DNA of 53,102 nucleotides, filler included, from Perkinsus olseni (Eukaryota): NCBI GenBank assembly GCA_013115125.1. It is 2 parts of 2 records of this genome, joined end to end, with 100 filler letters (N's around TTAATTAATTAA, not from the genome) between each part and the next. Parts side by side here need not be neighbours in the genome. Positions count along the whole stretch, not along the records: positions 26,615 to 53,102 come from JABANN010000480.1; 1 more part is not named here. One strand, 5' to 3'. Shown piece by piece: positions 47,910 to 53,102 of this stretch (position 1 is its first letter; each line of letters starts with the position of its first letter). The notes under the pieces were generated by a model. It saw only the letters and a program-made list of their open reading frames with translations, ran no database searches and was not told where the DNA came from. The position numbers and the translations under genes were made by a program.

Positions 47910-48861
47910 AAGTCAATAACAAATAACCTTTCTAGAGCTACTTACTTTCCGTTTCTGTTCAGCGCAACGTACTTCCACTAAAGTCAGCCTCCGGGTTACT
48001 TTCACGCTTAATTTTAGCTCACGAGCTAACTAGTATGTTGTCCTCATTCACCTACGTTCTCGAGTTACCTGTAGAGAGTGTTCACTGGGATATTTCAGCA
48101 GATCGCTAGTCCAAACCCGAACCCGAACTCAGATCGCGCGTCGCAATTTGACCAGAACAGGGCAGTGCAATGGCAAGCGTGTAATTTGAATGCGGAGCGC
48201 TGCAACTGAAAGGTTGAGTGAGAAGATTTCTGGAGACTCCTTGTGTCAATGTCCTAGTTCACCATATTCGTAGTGCAGTACGAGCTTTGTCCGCGCGGGA
48301 GACCACAGATAGCACTCTGTTCACTCGCAAGTAAACTGATGTGGTCATAGCACTTGTGGATTACCCTTCAGCGTTCACACCATTCGAGGGGCTGTATGCC
48401 ATTATAGACAGTTTCGAATGATGTGCTATATAATGCACCGACCTGTTGAGCGACCCATTGAGTAGCGCAAGACGACGCGTGTAGGCAAAAAGGGAAAACT
48501 CAATGGATGGACATAGGAGCCAAACTAGTGGAAAACCAGCGAGTGGAGATACGAAAATCAAACTTACTGGAGATTACGCAAAAGATCGGAGAATTGCCGA
48601 TTATGGATGAGTGCTGAACTCATCCAGCGAAGCCGAGATATATCGGCGTCAAAGAAGGTCGCACGACTCTTTTGGCCCTCTGAGCAAGAACCAAAACATC
48701 TAGCCTCACAGGCCGTGGCCAAAGGTTGGGCTGCTCTAGGGAAAAATTGGATGTTCCTCCGATTATTCGAACAAGGTCGAAAAGTGACATACCAAGAGAT
48801 TGAATGTAGAGCATGTCGCGGAAAACACAGTCCAGAGCATTCCAGAATGTAGTCAAGTCAT

Positions 48862-51282
48862 CTATATGAGTAGGTGTCTCGCCGGCAGAGGTTCGACAGC
48901 AGTTGGTTCAGGAGGCATCTCCGCGGCTGGATACCCAGTGCACTTGTACAGGTCGGGATCACATTCGGTCTTAGCGATACAGTTGAGGCACTTACTAGTT
49001 GTTGGACCAGAAAGACATTTGAACATACATTTATCTCTACCACATTGGACAGACTGGCCGAAACAGACTGAACAAGTTGAAGTCAAGCCTGACTTCTCGA
49101 GGCACTTCGTCGTACCATCAGCGCTTCCCCACGCCTGTTTTCCACAGTAGGCGATGTAGTTACTGTAGGCCTGACCGTAGCTCGTCCACAAGTTGTGATC
49201 TGAGACACTGCACTTGCCTTGCGCGGCGGGAGTTGCCGCCGAAGTGGTAGTGCTAGTCGTAGTGCTAGTCGTAGGAGTGGTACTGGTCGTGGTGGTAGTG
49301 GTACTCGTCGTGGTGGTAGTGGTAGTGGTAGTGGTACTCGGCGTGGTGGTAGTGGTAGTGGTACTCGCCGTGGTGGTAGTGGTAGTGGTACTCGCCGTGG
49401 TGGTAGTGGTAGTGGTACTCGCCGTGGTGGTAATGGTAGTGGTACTCAGCGTAGTGGTAGTGGTACTCGGCGTAGTGGTAGTGGTAGTGGTGGTGGCAGT
49501 GGTGGAAGGGGCACTAGTAGTTGCCGGCAAAGGACTCACAGCATTAGGTGCAGGAGGCATTTGTGAGGCTGGATAACCGGCGCACTTGTACAGATCAGGA
49601 TCGCACTCAGTCTTGGCGATGCAGTCGAGACACTTACTAGTTGTTGGACCAGAAAGGCAGCTGAACATACACTTATCTCTACCACATTGGACAGACTGGC
49701 CGAAACAGCCTGAACAAGTTGAGCTCAAGCCGGATTTCTCCAAGCACTTCGACGTGCCATCAGCGCTTCCCCACGCTTGTTTTCCACAGTAGGCGATGTA
49801 GTTACTGTAGGACTGGCCGTAGCTCGTCCACAGGCTGTGATCTACCACACTGCACTTGCCTTGCACCGCGGTGGTAGTAGTCGCGGTGGTGGTAGTCGTG
49901 GTGGTGGTAGTAGTCGTGGTGGTGGTGGTGGTAGTACTAGTAGTTGTAACGGGAGTGGACGAAGTAGTCGTAGCAGGAGTGATCGTAGTAGTGGGCTTGG
50001 TGGTGGTAGTAGAGGAAGGAACACTAGTAGTTGCCGGCAAAGGACTCACTGCATTTGGTGCAGGAGGCATCTGTGAGGCTGGATATCCGGCGCACTTGTA
50101 TAGATCAGGATCGCACTCGGTCTTGGCGATACAGTCGAGACACTTACTGGTGGTTGGACCAACAAGGCATTTAAACATACACTTATCTCTACCACATTGA
50201 ACCGACTGGCCGAAACAGGCTGAACAAGTTGAGGTCAAACCAGACTTCTCGAGACACTTCGTCGTAGCATCAGCGTCTCCAAATGACTGTTTGCCACAGA
50301 AGGCGATGTAGTTACCGTAGGCCTGCCCATAGTTGGTCCAAAGATTATGATCAGCCGCCGTGCAGTTGCCTTCGGCCATGGGAGTGGTGCCCGCAGTTGT
50401 CGTGCTAGGGGTAGTCCTCGACGCACTCGAGGTAGTACTCGTCGTACTAGGAGCGGCCGATGTTGTAGAGGGAGCGACAGTTGTAGTACTAGTGATGGTC
50501 GCTGTCGTGCTGGTGGTGGGAGCCATCGTGGTAGTCGGCAAGCTTGTGATGTGCGTGCTGGGATTGGGAGGCAACTCCTTCGCTGTATAACCACTGCATG
50601 TCGCCAACTCACCAGGGCACTTGGAGTTGTCAATGCAGCTCAAACACGAGCTAGAGGTGGAGCTCCACATGCAGGTATACCAGCACTCGTCCTTAGCACA
50701 GTTCTGGAAGTCACCGAAGCATGACGCACAGGGCTGCGACAACTTGTTCATAGGATCGTCTAGAAGGCACCGCGTGGTCTTCTCAGCATTACCCCACTCC
50801 TTCTTAGCACACCCAGTTAGGAAATCACTGAAAGTTTGACCGTATGAACTCCAGAAATCATGGTCGCGAGCTGAGCATTGGCCGAGGGCTGGCAGGCTGC
50901 TAAGTTTCCCGAGCGGGCGAGGAGGTAGTTGGCCAGAGCCATACCCAGTACAAGTCTCCAGCTGACCGCGGCATTTCGAGCCGTCAATGCAGTTCAAGCA
51001 CCAGTTAGAAGTGGAATCCCACATACAATGGAACCAGCATTCATCCTTGGCACAGTTCTCATAGTCACCGAAACAGGTAGCACAAGGAGCAGAGAGGTCG
51101 TTGTGAGGATCGCTCAGCAGGCACTGCGTGGTCTTCTCGGCGCTACCCCATTCTTTCTTGGCACAGCCAGTGAGAAAATCACTGAAACTCTGGTCGTAGG
51201 AGCTCCAGAACTCGTGATCATCGGGCGTACATTGTCCAGCCAGGACCACTCCAACGGTAACCGCTGCAACGTAAGACCTCAT
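48862..51282 (-). CDS. Secreted mucin-like protein with five Cys-rich domains and Thr-rich linkers
   Basis: Signal MRSYVAAVTVGVVLAG; five ~105-aa domains (C..DH..W...C.K..WG....T.CL...C..CFG...C..D.C...C...CL.CI...C...L..C.GY...PP.P). Confidence 0.88.
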   Translation of the reverse strand: MRSYVAAVTVGVVLAGQCTPDDHEFWSSYDQSFSDFLTGCAKKEWGSAEKTTQCLLSDPHNDLSAPCATCFGDYENCAKDECWFHCMWDSTSNWCLNCIDGSKCRGQLETCTGYGSGQLPPRPLGKLSSLPALGQCSARDHDFWSSYGQTFSDFLTGCAKKEWGNAEKTTRCLLDDPMNKLSQPCASCFGDFQNCAKDECWYTCMWSSTSSSCLSCIDNSKCPGELATCSGYTAKELPPNPSTHITSLPTTTMAPTTSTTATITSTTTVAPSTTSAAPSTTSTTSSASRTTPSTTTAGTTPMAEGNCTAADHNLWTNYGQAYGNYIAFCGKQSFGDADATTKCLEKSGLTSTCSACFGQSVQCGRDKCMFKCLVGPTTSKCLDCIAKTECDPDLYKCAGYPASQMPPAPNAVSPLPATTSVPSSTTTTKPTTTITPATTTSSTPVTTTSTTTTTTTTTTTTTTTTTATTTTAVQGKCSVVDHSLWTSYGQSYSNYIAYCGKQAWGSADGTSKCLEKSGLSSTCSGCFGQSVQCGRDKCMFSCLSGPTTSKCLDCIAKTECDPDLYKCAGYPASQMPPAPNAVSPLPATTSAPSTTATTTTTTTTPSTTTTTLSTTTITTTASTTTTTTTASTTTTTTTASTTTTTTTPSTTTTTTTTTTSTTTTTTSTTPTTSTTTSTTTSAATPAAQGKCSVSDHNLWTSYGQAYSNYIAYCGKQAWGSADGTTKCLEKSGLTSTCSVCFGQSVQCGRDKCMFKCLSGPTTSKCLNCIAKTECDPDLYKCTGYPAAEMPPEPTAVEPLPARHLLI
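49250..49505 (-). repeat. Thr-coding low-complexity tract including 27-bp units (ASTTTTTTT)
   Basis: Repeated GGTGGTAGTGGTAGTGGTACTCGCCGT on the plus strand. Confidence 0.85.
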
Positions 51283-52215
51283 TATGTGAGGGAACTTGCT
51301 GGGATTGTTGAGCACTGAGGGGTTAGGCGCCCTCTATAGCTGACAAGCTACGGATTGTGTCGGGAGACAGCTGAGGATTCGACCAACTGCCGACCAACGA
51401 ACTGCGGAAAGTTAGGGACTAGTAGAGATAATACCCATACAGGTTGGGATTTCTCGTCAGATCAGACCAGTCGGGAGGTGCAGATGAAGAGTGGGACGAT
51501 GAAGGAACCCGAAAGGAAAAAGGAAAGGGACGATGAAAGGAACGCTACGTCCGAAGTAGATCGCATGGAGACCGGCAGTGTCAACAAGCTTGACATCAGA
51601 TGCTGTAGTATGCATTGCATACTATCTTACAGTAGCAATATTCATCTATTTCCCAACAAGTTGACAGAAACGAGAGTGTAGAGTGTGGTAGTTAAACGCG
51701 GGTGGTCATGGTAAAGTGGATACTCCCCGACGTCCGCGCTCGGTCGAAGCCTTTGCCGTGACACAGATCGTTCAACTTGATCGCTGACCGTGCCTGAGTG
51801 TTTAGGATACCATAAGACAAACCGAATACCTACATGGTCACCCTTGCTCCATGATACCGCAAGAGACTGAGTGTGATAATCGCACTGCGATTCCAAGTGC
51901 GAAGCATGCCATTAGCAGTCCATTCTGTCTGCAACGCGGACTATCCAGGCAACACGAACGATCAGCCTCCCCCGAAACACCCAGCGTAGCCCAGGAATGC
52001 ACTCAGACGGACCATATGTCTCATTCGCCGTTCCCATTAACCCAGCATTTACAAAGCAATGACTAAACACCACGGGAAAACTGGTATCCGTCTTGACCGA
52101 GTTAACGGACTCAATTCAAGAAGCAGTCCATAGAACAGGAAGAGGAACGAAAATTACATAACGGAAAATTGATCGCCTGTTAACATTACTGTATCAATCG
52201 GCGAAACTGAACAAC

Positions 52216-53102
52216 TTAACATGAGCAAGGCTTGTTCGAGCCAAAGCAGACCGAAGGCTCTTCCCAGTACTTGCAATAGGAACCTGGGAATTCGGCGGCG
52301 CACTCAGCATCGCACTTTGCCACCGAAGGGGTGGTGGTGACGACGGCCTTGCAGGAGCAAGGGATATCGCTTCCGAAGCAAGTGGGCTCATTCATCCAGT
52401 ACTTGCAATAAGAGCCAGCATACGACTGAGCACAAACCTTATCCGCCTCCGAGCAATCATCCTCTTGCGTCGGCGTGGCCTTCGTCGATGTTGCCATCGT
52501 GGATGGAGTTACAGTAGTACTGGTGGTAGACTCCGTGGTTGGAGCAACAGTGGTGCTGGTAGTGGTGGTCGACTTAGTAGTGGGAGCAACAGTGGTGCTG
52601 GTAGTGGTGGTCGACTTAGTAGTGGGAGCAACAGTAGTCCTGATAGTGCTGGTAGGCTTAGTAGTGGGAGCAACAGTAGTGCTGGTAGTGCTGGTCGACT
52701 TAGTAGTGGGAGCAACAGTAGTGCTGGTAGTGGTGGTCGACTTAGTAGTGGGAGCAACAGTAGTGGTGGTAGTGCTGGTACTAGGAGCGGAGGTAGTAGT
52801 AGGAAGAGGATCCGTGCCTGTCGGGTTTGGTGGCATCTCATTGGGTCCATAACCGGTGCACTTGTACAACTCGGGGTTACACTTGGTCTTCGCAATGCAG
52901 CTCAAACACTTCTCAGTGGCCGGACCAGCGATGCAGCTCATCATACAGACGTCACGTCCGCACTGAACCGACTGTCCGAAGCAGGTGGAGCAAGAATCGG
53001 ACAAGCCTGACTTTTCAATACAGGCAGTAGTAGCCTTGGCGTCACCGAACGACTCGAGACCGCAGTAAGCTATGAAGTTACTGTAGGCCTGACCATAAGA
53101 TG
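52216..53102 (-). CDS. 3' part of a paralogous Cys-rich mucin-like protein ending in two GSYCKYW domains
   Basis: Same Cys domain (CFGQSVQCGRDVC), a Thr-rich stalk, then CAQSYAGSYCKYW...CFG and CAAEFPGSYCKYW...CFG. The ORF is open to the window edge. Confidence 0.85.
   Translation of the reverse strand, partial: SYGQAYSNFIAYCGLESFGDAKATTACIEKSGLSDSCSTCFGQSVQCGRDVCMMSCIAGPATEKCLSCIAKTKCNPELYKCTGYGPNEMPPNPTGTDPLPTTTSAPSTSTTTTTVAPTTKSTTTTSTTVAPTTKSTSTTSTTVAPTTKPTSTIRTTVAPTTKSTTTTSTTVAPTTKSTTTTSTTVAPTTESTTSTTVTPSTMATSTKATPTQEDDCSEADKVCAQSYAGSYCKYWMNEPTCFGSDIPCSCKAVVTTTPSVAKCDAECAAEFPGSYCKYWEEPSVCFGSNKPCSC
52517..52763 (-). repeat. 42-bp coding tandem repeat (VAPTTKSTTTTSTT), ~6 copies
   Basis: Recurring GACTTAGTAGTGGGAGCAACAGT at 42-bp spacing. 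Confidence 0.9.

Noticed and set aside
48607-48852. W...CxxC as a BED zinc finger of a transposase
   Set aside because: Short, spacing unconvincing, and no TIRs or catalytic domain.
49214-52852. Poly-Val and Gly/Ser/Arg ORFs on the plus strand
   Set aside because: Antisense shadows of Thr-rich mucin coding sequence.

Overview
Gene-dense eukaryotic DNA (about 52% GC, many ~45-60 nt GT-AG introns). Gene content and style point to an alveolate, most likely Perkinsus (inference). An artificial 100-bp spacer (N44-TTAATTAATTAA-N44, 26515-26614) joins two contigs. Recognisable genes are SF3B3/RSE1, a PhzF-family protein, a RING-CH E3, a BIRC6/UBE2O-type E2, a Dpy-30-motif protein, a SNAPC4-like Myb protein, three tandem bacterial-type SAM methyltransferases (one with a premature stop), an F-box-like protein, a Pex30/DysF-like membrane protein plus a decayed duplicate, a MORN protein, TMEM231, two tandem amino-acid transporters and two Cys-rich mucin-like secreted proteins. 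Main finding: an 8-exon PUB-domain gene (40341-41935) ends in GG-UGA-GPAAC and is followed by a well-formed type-2 SECIS (41961-42029), a candidate soluble p97-adaptor selenoprotein of a family I do not recognise. Second finding: a 633-bp LTR-retrotransposon derivative (24788-25420) has inverted LTR ends and a 4-bp TSD. Exon boundaries were read by eye and no database search was run.
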